Shown: positions 29,790 to 39,801, counted from the first letter of the stretch. The stretch: 64,000 bases of DNA from Candidatus Obscuribacteraceae bacterium (GCA_044226015.1 JBGAHS010000010.1:96001-160000), one strand, 5' to 3'. Notes: generated by a model from the letters alone, not told the origin. Numbers and translations are program-made.

Positions 29790-30554
29790 ATGGAGGACTT
29801 TCGATACACAAAAACAGCTGAAGAGCCCCATCTCAGCGGCTTGCAGGCTGAATGGGTAGGAAATTTCAAGCCCAATATCACAAAACCAACTGATTCTTTT
29901 TTGTCCGTTGTATTTGTCGCAAATGACAAACAAGAAGCAGCATCAGAGAAGAAAAATCTTACCCCGGCAGAGAGAGCGTCAGAGCTGGACAAAGAACTCA
30001 AATCTTTTGCCGACGGAAAAACTGAAGATTCGTCTCGCGAGATTCAGAGATTTCAGAAAGCTGTAGGAAAATTCTGCGACGCAAAAGATAAGGAATCGGC
30101 TTTCGAGGAGTTAGGCGATACTTGGACGCACATAAATGCTCTTTATGATTTAAAGGCAGACGCTCTAACTAAAGAACTCAAGGCAGAGGCGGCTAGCACT
30201 CCTGGTCGGGCAGCTTTGGAAGCGAATCTGAAGACAAAGCGAACTGAATTGGATATCAAAGTTAGATCACTTCCTCTTGAAGAGAGCTTCCGAGTAGCCG
30301 ATGTGTTGATGCCTCAACCTGGCGAAACCAAAGCCGAGCAGGATGCACGCGTGAAGGAAGAGCTTAAGGCGCCGCGTTACAAAGATATTCTTGCTTCCTA
30401 TGACTCAATACGTGACGCTGAAAGACTCATTGAAAAGAACAAGGGACCGAGGGAAAAACAACTCGATTCCATGCGCAATTCGTTGAGTAATGACGCAGAT
30501 AAGATGATTGAGCTCATGGAAAGAGCCTATATCCGGTCAACTATAAAGAACTGA
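29790..30554 (+). CDS. Hypothetical charged alpha-helical/coiled-coil protein
   Basis: 254-aa ORF with AGGAG Shine-Dalgarno. Confidence 0.78.
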   Translation: MEDFRYTKTAEEPHLSGLQAEWVGNFKPNITKPTDSFLSVVFVANDKQEAASEKKNLTPAERASELDKELKSFADGKTEDSSREIQRFQKAVGKFCDAKDKESAFEELGDTWTHINALYDLKADALTKELKAEAASTPGRAALEANLKTKRTELDIKVRSLPLEESFRVADVLMPQPGETKAEQDARVKEELKAPRYKDILASYDSIRDAERLIEKNKGPREKQLDSMRNSLSNDADKMIELMERAYIRSTIKN

Positions 30555-30759
30555 TATAGCGGCTGAGACAATAGAACCGATTAGCCCTGGTCTGGCTGCC
30601 GCAATGCTTATCCTCCTGGCTTGCGTAAGTGAGACTTATAGATTCACCGGAAATTGGCTCTGTAAAGAGCTGCAAGAAATGTTCTCGACAACCAGCTGCG
30701 AACAACTGGGTCGGCAAATGCCGCTAAGGATGCACGCGACCTTTCACACTCAGTTGGTA

Positions 30760-30917
30760 GTTTACGCCCTCGAACTAATCTTCGAGTTCGCGCCGCCTAA
30801 TCAAGCTCTGGTTTACACCCGCGAACTCAACCTCTGGTTTACGCCCTCGAACTAATCTTCGAGTTCGCGCCGCCTAATCATCCTCTGATTTACCCCCGCG
30901 AACTCATCCTCTGATTT
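30760..30917. repeat. 77-bp duplication with internal subrepeats, ending in the stop region of the crotonase-family gene
   Basis: GTTTACGCCCTCGAACTAATCTTCGAG at 30760 and 30837; TCA(T/A)(C/G)CTCTG(A/G)TTT four times. Confidence 0.85.
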
Positions 30918-32067
30918 TGTTCGTACATTCTCTGCTCGATATCAGCTCATCCAAATTTCTGAAAGGATTATCTTTCTCAGACCATAGAGGCTCAAAGTAG
31001 CTATCCACCCAGCTCCGATCAACTTCTGTAAGTTTGGCAGGCTGCCATTTAGGAGCCTTGTCCTTATCAACCAGAAGTGCCCTCACTCCCTCAACAAAAT
31101 CTGGGTGATGCAAACAACTCTGAACAGACAAATTCAATTCTGAGCGAAATACATCAGGCAGGGACATGCTTTTAGCTCTATTCAATTGCTCCAAAATAAC
31201 ATGAGCTGAGCTTGGGGAGCCAGACTTAAACTCCCTATTACAATCACTGAGCCATGCTGATTTTGACGCGACTGCGGCTACCTCTAACTGTTCCGCGAAA
31301 TGCAACGGGCTGTTCACTCCGGCAAAATCTGAGACGATATTGGCGTGCTCAGCAGCGACTGATTTTAACTTTGTGCCGCTAGCCGATTCTTTTTGCTCTA
31401 GCAAAGCGCTGACGAGCCTCCGGTTCTGCTCGGTGTCTGTCGACCACTTCTGTTTTGCCAATTCTTCAAGGATAGCTCCCTTTAATCCGCTATCTATGCA
31501 GTGGGTCGCCAATCCCAAATATTTTGCATCCGCTCCATTTAATCGCGCGCCAGTCAAGCCGATGAAGGCTCCGAAGCCAGCAGGCATACGATTCAGAAAC
31601 CAACTTGCTCCGACATCAGGATAAAGTCCGATTGCAATCTCGGGCATTGCAAACAAACTTCGTTCAGTTGCAATTCGATGTGATGCACCATTGCTGATAC
31701 CAATACCGCCTCCCATTACGATCCGATCAAGCCACGCAACGATAGGTTTAGGATAGCAATGAACCAGGTAATCTGCCTGATACTCATAGACAAAAAAATC
31801 GATGCAGCCCTGCGCTGGCGGTTCATTTTGTGTAGACTTACCCACTATGATGTCGTGTAATTTGCGCACATCACCACCGGCACAAAACGCTCGCTCTCCT
31901 GCCCCCTGCAGAAAAATACACGCAATATTTTCGTCTGCTTTCCAAATATGCAGAGCATCCAGAAGCTCCTCAAACATCTCCTTAGAAAGAGCGTTAAGCG
32001 TTCGCTCCGAGTTCAGAGTAAGAATGCCCAGATTCTCGCGAACTTCTGTTGAAATTAGTCTATACAT
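30904..32067 (-). CDS. 3-hydroxyisobutyryl-CoA hydrolase-like enoyl-CoA hydratase/isomerase family protein
   Basis: AFCAGGDV, MGGG.G, AMPEIAIGLYPDVG, DFVEGVRALLVDKD and PKW motifs. Confidence 0.92.
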   Translation of the reverse strand: MYRLISTEVRENLGILTLNSERTLNALSKEMFEELLDALHIWKADENIACIFLQGAGERAFCAGGDVRKLHDIIVGKSTQNEPPAQGCIDFFVYEYQADYLVHCYPKPIVAWLDRIVMGGGIGISNGASHRIATERSLFAMPEIAIGLYPDVGASWFLNRMPAGFGAFIGLTGARLNGADAKYLGLATHCIDSGLKGAILEELAKQKWSTDTEQNRRLVSALLEQKESASGTKLKSVAAEHANIVSDFAGVNSPLHFAEQLEVAAVASKSAWLSDCNREFKSGSPSSAHVILEQLNRAKSMSLPDVFRSELNLSVQSCLHHPDFVEGVRALLVDKDKAPKWQPAKLTEVDRSWVDSYFEPLWSEKDNPFRNLDELISSRECTNKIRG

Positions 32068-32375
32068 TTGATTGTAGATTACCGGTAACTATGACTCGAC
32101 AGTTTACATCAAAAGGGCTCAAGTAATCCCACAGTTGCCAGAATGTAAAGGCTGCACAAAAGCGCAACAAAAAGAGAGTCAAAATGATCGCAGCAAAATA
32201 GCTGCAGCACAAAGATTCCCCGCGGTGCTAAGCAAAGTTAATCGCACCAAAAGGGCTGCGAAACAAATAGCGCAAAGTGAATCACATTAGAAGTCCAGCA
32301 AAGCACGGCGTTTCCAACTGTCTGAACCAAAGCGAATTGCACTTAGCGCGGCGCTTCCGAATGCGCCTAGCTCAT

Positions 32376-33632
32376 CTAATCTTCGTTGACCTTTTGTTTC
32401 GTGGTCTGAAAAAATCGAATAATGCCAGCGGCAAGCAGCAGCGCATCGAACAACGCATAGACCTTTGCAAAAGGCTTTGTGTCATTGTCACTTAGCGGCA
32501 AGAAAATTAGCCAACTTATGATTGGATAAAAATAGAGCGAGTAAAACCAAAATTTATTCGCAAAACCCGCTAGTTTTGAGCCTGCACTATCTACCAGCTT
32601 ATCGACATCGCTAAGCTGATAACCTGGCAGCGTCAACGCTGCCGCGATGAAAACAATTAAGCAGTCATAAACCATACTATGAGGACTGAACAAAATTGCA
32701 GTCATTATGGTCAGTGCAATCGGCCAGTTGAAGCTGTCTGGAGCATCCGACCCTCTTGTTGCTTTTCGCCAAATGAAAAACAAGAGCACAAGCGCAGCCA
32801 AATACAAGAATGCAGCAGCATAAAGTGCAATCTCCGACGGCAAAAACGCGCTGAACAATCCTCGCAAGCTTATCATCGCTCCAGCATTCGCCTGCATCTG
32901 ACCCGCTTGCTTTTCTGCAGAAAGAAGCGTCTGATGGTAGTTCAAAACAGAATCAGTCCCTATGGAAAATGCCGCAAGTCCTAGTAATAAGAGCTCGGTG
33001 CAAACAGCAGTTACAATCAACTTTGTACGCTTCAGAAAGAGAGCTGGAAACGCCACTGGGAAAATGTACTGAGGTTTTATGCAAAGTAGGGCCAGACAAA
33101 TCCCCGCAAGGATATCCTTTTTCCTTTTCAGCGAAAGAAAATACAAACCCATCAAGGTAAGGTAAAACCAGGCGAATTGCCCCCACCAGACATTGAACCA
33201 GGCAGGAAAGCACGCCGTTGCAGCTAGCAAAAACGCAAAGATCGCTGGCGCGGGCCACTTCCTTTCCGTCAGCGTTTGAAACAAAATGTAAGAACCACTG
33301 GCAATCGAAATTACGCACCAGACCAGATATGAGGTGCCCAATCCCATTAGTGCAAATGGCACCATCAGTGGAAACACAAAGGGGACAAACTGAATGAACC
33401 AGAGTTCCGTCACATGCTGCGGACTGATAACTTTGTTCGTCCATGCTAGCTGAACCTGGGGATCGTAGACATGGAAACGATCCGGCGAAAGAGCCATTGC
33501 TCCACACTGGTAGTAATGTATAAAATCCCAACAAAGCGGCCAACGTTCAACGCTGAAATGAATCAAGCATGCGTATGCAAGCAGATTCCAGACTACAAGC
33601 AAAATCACATACAGCACTGTTGAAGCTTTCAT
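32376..33632 (-). CDS. GT-C membrane glycosyltransferase (GT87/DUF2029-like)
   Basis: DF..YY, GQ, IKPQ and SPH..YD motifs; multiple TM helices; ATG 33632 with AAGGAG. Confidence 0.82.
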   Translation of the reverse strand: MKASTVLYVILLVVWNLLAYACLIHFSVERWPLCWDFIHYYQCGAMALSPDRFHVYDPQVQLAWTNKVISPQHVTELWFIQFVPFVFPLMVPFALMGLGTSYLVWCVISIASGSYILFQTLTERKWPAPAIFAFLLAATACFPAWFNVWWGQFAWFYLTLMGLYFLSLKRKKDILAGICLALLCIKPQYIFPVAFPALFLKRTKLIVTAVCTELLLLGLAAFSIGTDSVLNYHQTLLSAEKQAGQMQANAGAMISLRGLFSAFLPSEIALYAAAFLYLAALVLLFFIWRKATRGSDAPDSFNWPIALTIMTAILFSPHSMVYDCLIVFIAAALTLPGYQLSDVDKLVDSAGSKLAGFANKFWFYSLYFYPIISWLIFLPLSDNDTKPFAKVYALFDALLLAAGIIRFFQTTKQKVNED

Positions 33633-33906
33633 TGCGCAAGCTCCTTGTGCAATGGTGAGTGCCACCAGTCAATATTCGTTGAAGCTTTCACTGAGCAAGC
33701 TCCTTGAGCAACGGTGAGTGCCACCAGTCAATATTCGTTGAAGCTTTCATTGCGCAAGCTCCTTGTGCAATGGTGAGTGCCACCAGTTAATATTCGTTGA
33801 AGCTTTCATTGTGGAAGCTCCTTATGCAATGGTGAGTGCCAGTCAATATTCGTTGAAGCTTTCATTGTGGAAGCTCCTTAATCAAAGGTGATTTCCAGTC
33901 AATATT
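33619..33906 (-). repeat. 56-59-bp tandem repeat of the gene junction, encoding four coupled mini-ORFs (33865-33806, 33809-33747, 33750-33688, 33691-33629)
   Basis: Each unit has AAGGAG-N8-(A/G)TGA and an open 19-20-codon frame. Confidence 0.93.
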
Positions 33907-35520
33907 TGGCGAGCCTAATTTTAGAAAGACAGGAAATCCGTCAACCAGAAATTTTTTATACTTTCCTTCCAAATAGGGCTGGGCATCTTGCGGCAACGCC
34001 CATAACTCCACCACCACATCTGGTGCCAGATCGCCAATCGAGTGTTTGTAGTCCCATTTCATATGACCGGGGTAAAACCAGCGCGACGAAGCTTCTTCGG
34101 GTGCGATCTTCTCCAAACTATGCATGTCCTCTTTGGCTACGACAGTATCGCATTTGCCGAGTATATCTATGCAATTGCGACCGACATAGTATGGCAATAT
34201 TCCGCACAATGTGGCTGCAATATGTCCATGTTCGAGTACGACCTTCTTCAGTGACAATGCTAACTCTAGTCGGTTTTTGTTTGGCTCCCAGGAAATAGGA
34301 TGGTCCAGTAATATCAGGTTTCGTAACCCCGGGACATTGTTGAACGATGGTAACGCTATCAATGCAATCAGAACTGCGACTTTTGCTGGTAACGATTCTA
34401 ATTTGCCCGCAGCTTTCAATTTTATTTGCGACAAAGCTCGAATACCACATGTGAAAATGATGAAAAACAACGGTATCGCCTGCGTGATGTATCTATTTCC
34501 CCACGCTTCCCAGGCGTCTCCGCCAACATAACTGCTGTACGCAAATTGTCCAGCAACAATCATTGCCAGATAGAGCGTGAAGCTTTGAGCGCGCTCTTTG
34601 AAAACTCCAAAGGCTGCAATGGCAAACAGCCACGGATTAGATTGCACGACAAATCGGTAAACGTTGAACAATCCCTGCGCAATTCTAGCCATCGGCGGAT
34701 AGCCCGTTACTTTTAAGTAGTACGTATTAGGAAGAAGATCGTGGTAATAACTGTAGCGGAACAGCTCCAGCAGTCCGAGTGAAGATCCCAACGCTATGCC
34801 GCCCTGAAGCAGATGCTTCATTCGCTGACTCTTGTCGAAAAGAAAAAGGAAGATGGTAGTACCAAGCAAAGGAACCACAGAATCCATGCGTACAAAAATT
34901 GCAAACCAGAAAAGTATGAATGCAATCAATGCCGATTTTCCAGTGGCAAGACATTCTTGAATAACGAAAGCCGCGGCAGTCAAAAGAAGCGCTAAAACTC
35001 CTACTTCCATACCCTGCAACGACCAGTTGTTTAGTGGCAGATAGAAAGCCGTCAAAACAACTGGAAGCAAAACCAACCAACTCTCCTTGCCAAAAATACC
35101 AACAGAGATCTTCTTCACCAGAAAAATGGTGGCAAGTTGAACAAATACGCCTGTAATATGAATCGCCAGGCAGATTCTTGATTCTGGAATTGGCAGAAGA
35201 TGAAAAATGCTCATGTACAAAGTCCAGAGCAGGTTGGTGAAGCCTTCGACTGGCTGTTCTCCAGGATTCCATACCAATCCCGCACCATGCGCCAAATTGT
35301 ATGCATAGCGCATCGAAATCATGGCATCATCGAATAAAACGAAATACCTTTCGCCGCTTGCGATAGTAATGGAGCACGAGTAGATGAATAAGCTTGCATA
35401 GACGACATACGCGAGCATTATCACTCCTGTAAGCAAGTCGATCTTTCTGGAGTGATTGATAGAACTGCTATTTGGGCTTTCGGTCTCTATCTTGAAATTC
35501 CTGCAATTAATACCAGCCAT
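33862..35520 (-). CDS. GT-C membrane glycosyltransferase (AftB/GT39-like)
   Basis: DDAMISMRYA.NL..G.GL.WNPGE..VEGFT, GME, R.D and PNTYY.K motifs; start uncertain (up to 35646). Confidence 0.82.
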   Translation of the reverse strand: MAGINCRNFKIETESPNSSSINHSRKIDLLTGVIMLAYVVYASLFIYSCSITIASGERYFVLFDDAMISMRYAYNLAHGAGLVWNPGEQPVEGFTNLLWTLYMSIFHLLPIPESRICLAIHITGVFVQLATIFLVKKISVGIFGKESWLVLLPVVLTAFYLPLNNWSLQGMEVGVLALLLTAAAFVIQECLATGKSALIAFILFWFAIFVRMDSVVPLLGTTIFLFLFDKSQRMKHLLQGGIALGSSLGLLELFRYSYYHDLLPNTYYLKVTGYPPMARIAQGLFNVYRFVVQSNPWLFAIAAFGVFKERAQSFTLYLAMIVAGQFAYSSYVGGDAWEAWGNRYITQAIPLFFIIFTCGIRALSQIKLKAAGKLESLPAKVAVLIALIALPSFNNVPGLRNLILLDHPISWEPNKNRLELALSLKKVVLEHGHIAATLCGILPYYVGRNCIDILGKCDTVVAKEDMHSLEKIAPEEASSRWFYPGHMKWDYKHSIGDLAPDVVVELWALPQDAQPYLEGKYKKFLVDGFPVFLKLGSPNIDWKSPLIKELPQ

Positions 35521-35684
35521 TCTAACCTGGCAGATCATTGACTGCAAGCAGTCCTGTGGCAGCTCCCTCGTAATTGGCAGCAAGCAGTCCTGCGTGCGCC
35601 CTCGCTGGTGCTTGCAACTTGCTATGGGGAACAGGAACTCAAGCATTGCGTCACATTAGCGGTAATTCTATGAGGTTTAATATA

Positions 35685-35996
35685 ATGCACTCCAAAATTG
35701 CTAAATTCGGAATTGCTTTGAGTTTGCTCACTGCAACCAGTCTATCTGCTGCTATTGCGAGCGATACGGAAGAAACTACAATCAAGGTAAAAGGTGCTCC
35801 GACTGCTGAAACGACAACCACCACGTCGTCTTCGCCGGTGGTGATTCAAGATGACTTCGGAAACACTACAGTGGTGCCTGGCGATAAAACTGTGGAAACC
35901 ACAACAAGTGGACGTATTAAGGAAGAGAAAGTCCATACAAAGAAGAAAAAATCATCGCACCATTTAATCAACCTTTTTGGCGTCAAAGTTCTTTAA
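35685..35996 (+). CDS. Small secreted Thr-rich hypothetical protein
   Basis: Signal peptide ending AIA; GAGG upstream. Confidence 0.7.
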   Translation: MHSKIAKFGIALSLLTATSLSAAIASDTEETTIKVKGAPTAETTTTTSSSPVVIQDDFGNTTVVPGDKTVETTTSGRIKEEKVHTKKKKSSHHLINLFGVKVL

Positions 35997-36064
35997 TGGC
36001 TATCGGTTGTTCCGCAGCATAAGTAGGTCTACAAAAAATCTGCTTGACGCGTTAGCGGAGCAAT

Positions 36065-36772
36065 TTATTCCGCCACTTTCATCATGATTACTGGAGCAGT
36101 CTCTGCCTCTGGTGCCACAGTATTCGTTGCCTTTTCCCCGCGCTCGGCAGTCTGTCCTGCAGCCTCAGGCGTTAACCTCTGTGACATTCTGGCTGAACTT
36201 GCACCACCGGTGGTGTTATATGGCGATGTTTCGTCCTCTACAGATTGTCCGTTAGGATGAATAATCTCTGAGTGCACAGACTCAGTAGCTCGATATCTTC
36301 TCTTAGGAGCTGAATCAGCTGTTGGAACCACTTCCGGAGCTGCAGGCTGGGCTGCACGAGCCTGAGGCTGTTCTTGCTCGTCATCCATGAACCAGTCGCT
36401 ATTATCAGATGCTCTCTGTCTTCTAACTGGCGTTGCCGCTGTTCTAATGGGTTGCGCTTCTTCGTGACTGCGCTCGTATTGCGGTGGCGGTTGTGGTGGC
36501 ATCGCCGCCTCTTGCGCCGTCGGCTGATTTGCTGGTACTTCCTTTTGAGCTTCTTTTCTGTGCAGAAGATGCGGTTTCGGCATTTCGACAACCACCTGCT
36601 TGATCATCAGAGGAATCATCGGAACCGTGGTTAGCACTATGGGCAATACTATTGGTATCAGTCTGGTGGCTAACCCGACGAGCGGCTCGGCTTGAGCTCT
36701 AGCAGGGATTTGAGTCTGCGACAAACTGCAAATCAGTAAGCACAAAACTAGTAGACGTTTCCTGGAACTCAT
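36065..36772 (-). CDS. Secreted or membrane-anchored low-complexity hypothetical protein
   Basis: Signal peptide, a hydrophobic segment and a P/A/Q/E-rich tail. Confidence 0.72.
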   Translation of the reverse strand: MSSRKRLLVLCLLICSLSQTQIPARAQAEPLVGLATRLIPIVLPIVLTTVPMIPLMIKQVVVEMPKPHLLHRKEAQKEVPANQPTAQEAAMPPQPPPQYERSHEEAQPIRTAATPVRRQRASDNSDWFMDDEQEQPQARAAQPAAPEVVPTADSAPKRRYRATESVHSEIIHPNGQSVEDETSPYNTTGGASSARMSQRLTPEAAGQTAERGEKATNTVAPEAETAPVIMMKVAE

Positions 36773-37064
36773 GTAACACCTTTAGCTTGCCGTTTTTACG
36801 GACGCTCAATGCCTTGAACGACACAGCCCCTAGTTTAGCATCAGTTGTTAATAGGACGTGGATCTTAGATTTTTCTTGCTCTTATCAAGACATAGATTGC
36901 AAAAATGTAAGCGCGCCTCTTTACTTCTTTGCCGATAAATCAATTCTAATCATCGCTTGCCACAGCCGGAAACAGTTAGGACTGTTGGCATTCCCGCTTG
37001 GACCTTTCGGAAGCAGATGAAGGTCGGAGCCGAATAAACCGTGTATTCGAGTCCAATAGTAGAC

Positions 37065-37290
37065 GAGCCTGATGTGATGGATCCGAGTCTGATGGATCCG
37101 AGCCTGATGGATCCGAGCCTGATGGATCCGAGCCTGATGGATCCGCGTCCATCTGGTCCGGGCCCATCTGGATTCGGTCCACCGTGATTCGAGTCTGATG
37201 GATCCGAGCTTGATGGATCCGCGTCCATCTGGTCCGGGCCCCTGGATCCGGTCCACCGTGATTCGAGTCCGTCGAATTCCGAATCCACCT
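37065..37290. repeat. 15-bp tandem repeat (GATGGATCCGAGCCT) with a higher-order ~75-bp duplication
   Basis: GGATCC at 37079, 37094, 37109, 37124, 37139, 37200, 37215 and 37244. Confidence 0.92.
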
Positions 37291-37315
37291 ACAGCAGCGC
37301 ATCGCCGACGCTATG

Positions 37316-38353
37316 CTACGGACCCGGAGCCTCCTCGCTCGATTCGCTATTCTCTTCCAATTTGGGTCTGATCGTGAATTGTTCTGAATTCAAACTGTAG
37401 CCATAAAGCACCGATTCACTGGTAAGCGCCTTCGGCAGAATATGCGCGTGCAGCTTCGCCTCCGGAAATTTGCTAAAAAGCGAAAGCCAAAATTCGTCGC
37501 TATCACTGAAGATCCGTTCGCTTACTAAGTATGAGCCGTAAAACGAACCCTGGTACACAAAGCTCAGCGCCATTGGCGTATCTGTTTCCTCATCCAAAAG
37601 GTTCAGGCAAGAGGTTTCTTTATGGTCCGAGAAATGGTGAAGCATACTCTTACAATAAGCAAATTCATTCGAATCGCTCTTGGTTTGATCCACATAGCCC
37701 AGGAAAAGTGCGGACATGGAAAGAATTATCTCTTTTGGGAGTTCATACATTTCCATCTCAGCATCGGTGTCATCTTGCGAGAGATCTTCCATCAATTTTT
37801 TGATGCCAATCTCAAACGGGTAGGGATCCCTGTTCGGCTTCTTTGTGTAGATTGAGCCAACGACACGCCCTGCATAGAAAATGAGTGCCGCGCGTGACAA
37901 GCTGCTTTGGCAGTAAATCTTCGTACATCCTGTGAAGCTCGTTTCCTCGAGTGATGGTATGAATTCTAAGGCTCGCTGTTTGTCAAGCTTTACCATCATC
38001 GGTGCATTCTGCAGTGGTGGCATAATCACGTCAACAGCACGACGAAGGGAAATGTACTTGGGATGGGCTTCGGCCCAAACCGAGAAGGCGTTCTCTGCAT
38101 CGCTCGCTGTGCTGTGTTGCACGCGAGAAGATGTGCCCATCGTGAATGCAAATGTGAAAAGCGCCTGCTCACCGTCCATACAAACGAAAGTTGTTGGAAC
38201 CACCTTCCCGATTTCAATTGGATGGGTGCTTGGCAAAAATCCTTTTAATGGTCCCGGCACTACCGATACGCGATAGCCACCAGGTTCCGGCGACTCGACT
38301 CGGCACCAAATGCACTCTCCAGGTTTGAGTTTTGGCTTAGCTGATTTTCCCAT
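37316..38353 (-). CDS. Hypothetical protein with a possible OB/S1-like N-terminal domain
   Basis: 345-aa ORF with globular composition. Confidence 0.75.
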   Translation of the reverse strand: MGKSAKPKLKPGECIWCRVESPEPGGYRVSVVPGPLKGFLPSTHPIEIGKVVPTTFVCMDGEQALFTFAFTMGTSSRVQHSTASDAENAFSVWAEAHPKYISLRRAVDVIMPPLQNAPMMVKLDKQRALEFIPSLEETSFTGCTKIYCQSSLSRAALIFYAGRVVGSIYTKKPNRDPYPFEIGIKKLMEDLSQDDTDAEMEMYELPKEIILSMSALFLGYVDQTKSDSNEFAYCKSMLHHFSDHKETSCLNLLDEETDTPMALSFVYQGSFYGSYLVSERIFSDSDEFWLSLFSKFPEAKLHAHILPKALTSESVLYGYSLNSEQFTIRPKLEENSESSEEAPGP

Positions 38354-38705
38354 CGCTATATATTATCACTGTATTTTCGATGTCGACGTAAATTTCATAC
38401 AGCATAACCGAATAGTACCTTGCTATTAACTCTCTATTTCTGTCTCCGCGAGATGCAGATGTAACCCCTCATGGAATTGCTCAATGAGGATTTGGTGCCG
38501 TTTTTCGGTCTAGTGCTTCCGTGTTCGGATTCTGCAATTCACTCAAACATGCAGTTCAGTCAGACAAAAACACCGATCGCTTCGAACAATCCCGATCCTG
38601 AAACATGGGAATCTTCTATTGCAAACCGGTGTTCAGTTGCTTTGTTAGCTATGGTCGAATCAAACTGAGAGCATCTTTCCGCTCAACACATAAGAATCGA
38701 GAATG

Positions 38706-39101
38706 TTAAAACGCGTTGGCTCCAGCTTCGGCTACTGAATGGTCTTGTTCTCCAGATCCACCACTTACACCAATTGCGCCAACAACTTTTCCATCGCGCT
38801 TCAATGGAATGCCACCAGCAAAAATCATCACGCGCCCATCATTGCTCGCATTGATGCCAAAGAATTGATCGCCAGATTGGCTGTGTGTTGCAAGATCTTT
38901 CGTTGAAATGTCGAAGGCTCTGGAAGTCCATGCTTTCTTGATGGAAATGTCGATGCTGCCCATCCAGGCATTGTCCATGCGCACGTGTGCAACCAGGTTT
39001 CCACCAGCATCTGCAACAGCAATGTTCATTGGTTGACCTATTTCTTCTGCCTTCTTTTCAGCCGCGGCAATAACTTTTCTGGCTTCAGCAAGAGTAACTA
39101 T
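38706..39101 (-). CDS. GlcG/HbpS family heme-binding protein with an apparent ATA start
   Basis: IAVAD.GG.L, RMD.A, KKAWTS, GGIP and GAIGVSGG..QD motifs; family-like N-terminal helix VTLAEARKVIAAAEKKAEEIGQP upstream of ATG 39029. Confidence 0.88.
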   Translation of the reverse strand: MVTLAEARKVIAAAEKKAEEIGQPMNIAVADAGGNLVAHVRMDNAWMGSIDISIKKAWTSRAFDISTKDLATHSQSGDQFFGINASNDGRVMIFAGGIPLKRDGKVVGAIGVSGGSGEQDHSVAEAGANAF

Positions 39102-39309
39102 TGTCCTGTCCTCGATTAGTAATCTTTCTCATTTTCTCACAGCATCGTTCTCGAATCTTTCCAGGTGCTGGCGAATTTTCCAAATATTACAGTAATGGAA
39201 ATACACTGCCGCAAATAGCAGTAGTCCTGTGTCGTTTCTTGTCCAAGCTCTGGACTGGCGAGCAATAGTGGTGTATTTTATCGTTCGCGATACAGCGCTG
39301 GTGGCAAGC

Positions 39310-39801
39310 ATGGCTAAATCAACTGACTTTCCTATGACTCCTGCAATTCGAGTGCTCCAGGCAAACAAAGTTTCTTTCGAACCTCACTTGTATAAGTATG
39401 AAGAGAAAGGTGGAACAAAGCATTCTGCCAGTGAACTTGGAGTCGAAGAACACTGTGTGGTCAAGACTTTAATCATGGAAACAGATACTAAAGAAGCTAT
39501 CATTGTGCTAATGCATGGTGACAAGCAAGTATCGACAAAACAGCTAGCACGAATCATCGGTGTTAAATCCGTTCAGCCCTGCAAGCCAGATCTTGCCGAC
39601 AAAAAATCAGGATACAAAGTTGGCGGCACATCACCATTTGGCACTAAAGCAAATATGCGAGTTTTCATGGAAGAATCAATCGCCCAGCTTGACAAAATCT
39701 ACATCAATGGTGGCGGTCGAGGGTTTCTCGTGAGCATCTCTCCGCAAGATGCTATTCGTGTCCTCAATCCTCAACTTGTTGCCATCGGAATTGACGAGTA
39801 A
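39310..39801 (+). CDS. ybaK: Cys-tRNA(Pro) deacylase
   Basis: TPAIRVL, VVKTL, GYKVGGTSPFG and INGGGRG motifs. Confidence 0.92.
   Translation: MAKSTDFPMTPAIRVLQANKVSFEPHLYKYEEKGGTKHSASELGVEEHCVVKTLIMETDTKEAIIVLMHGDKQVSTKQLARIIGVKSVQPCKPDLADKKSGYKVGGTSPFGTKANMRVFMEESIAQLDKIYINGGGRGFLVSISPQDAIRVLNPQLVAIGIDE

Noticed and set aside
29170..29811. Four overlapping ORFs in the array
   Set aside because: Artefacts of a stop-poor repeat
33633..33665. GTG start at 33665 for the GT87-like gene
   Set aside because: It lies inside the repeat; ATG 33632 has AAGGAG and ATGA coupling
36921..37302. Three overlapping pentapeptide-repeat ORFs
   Set aside because: All three frames are open because the 15-mer lacks stops on that strand; nothing favours one frame
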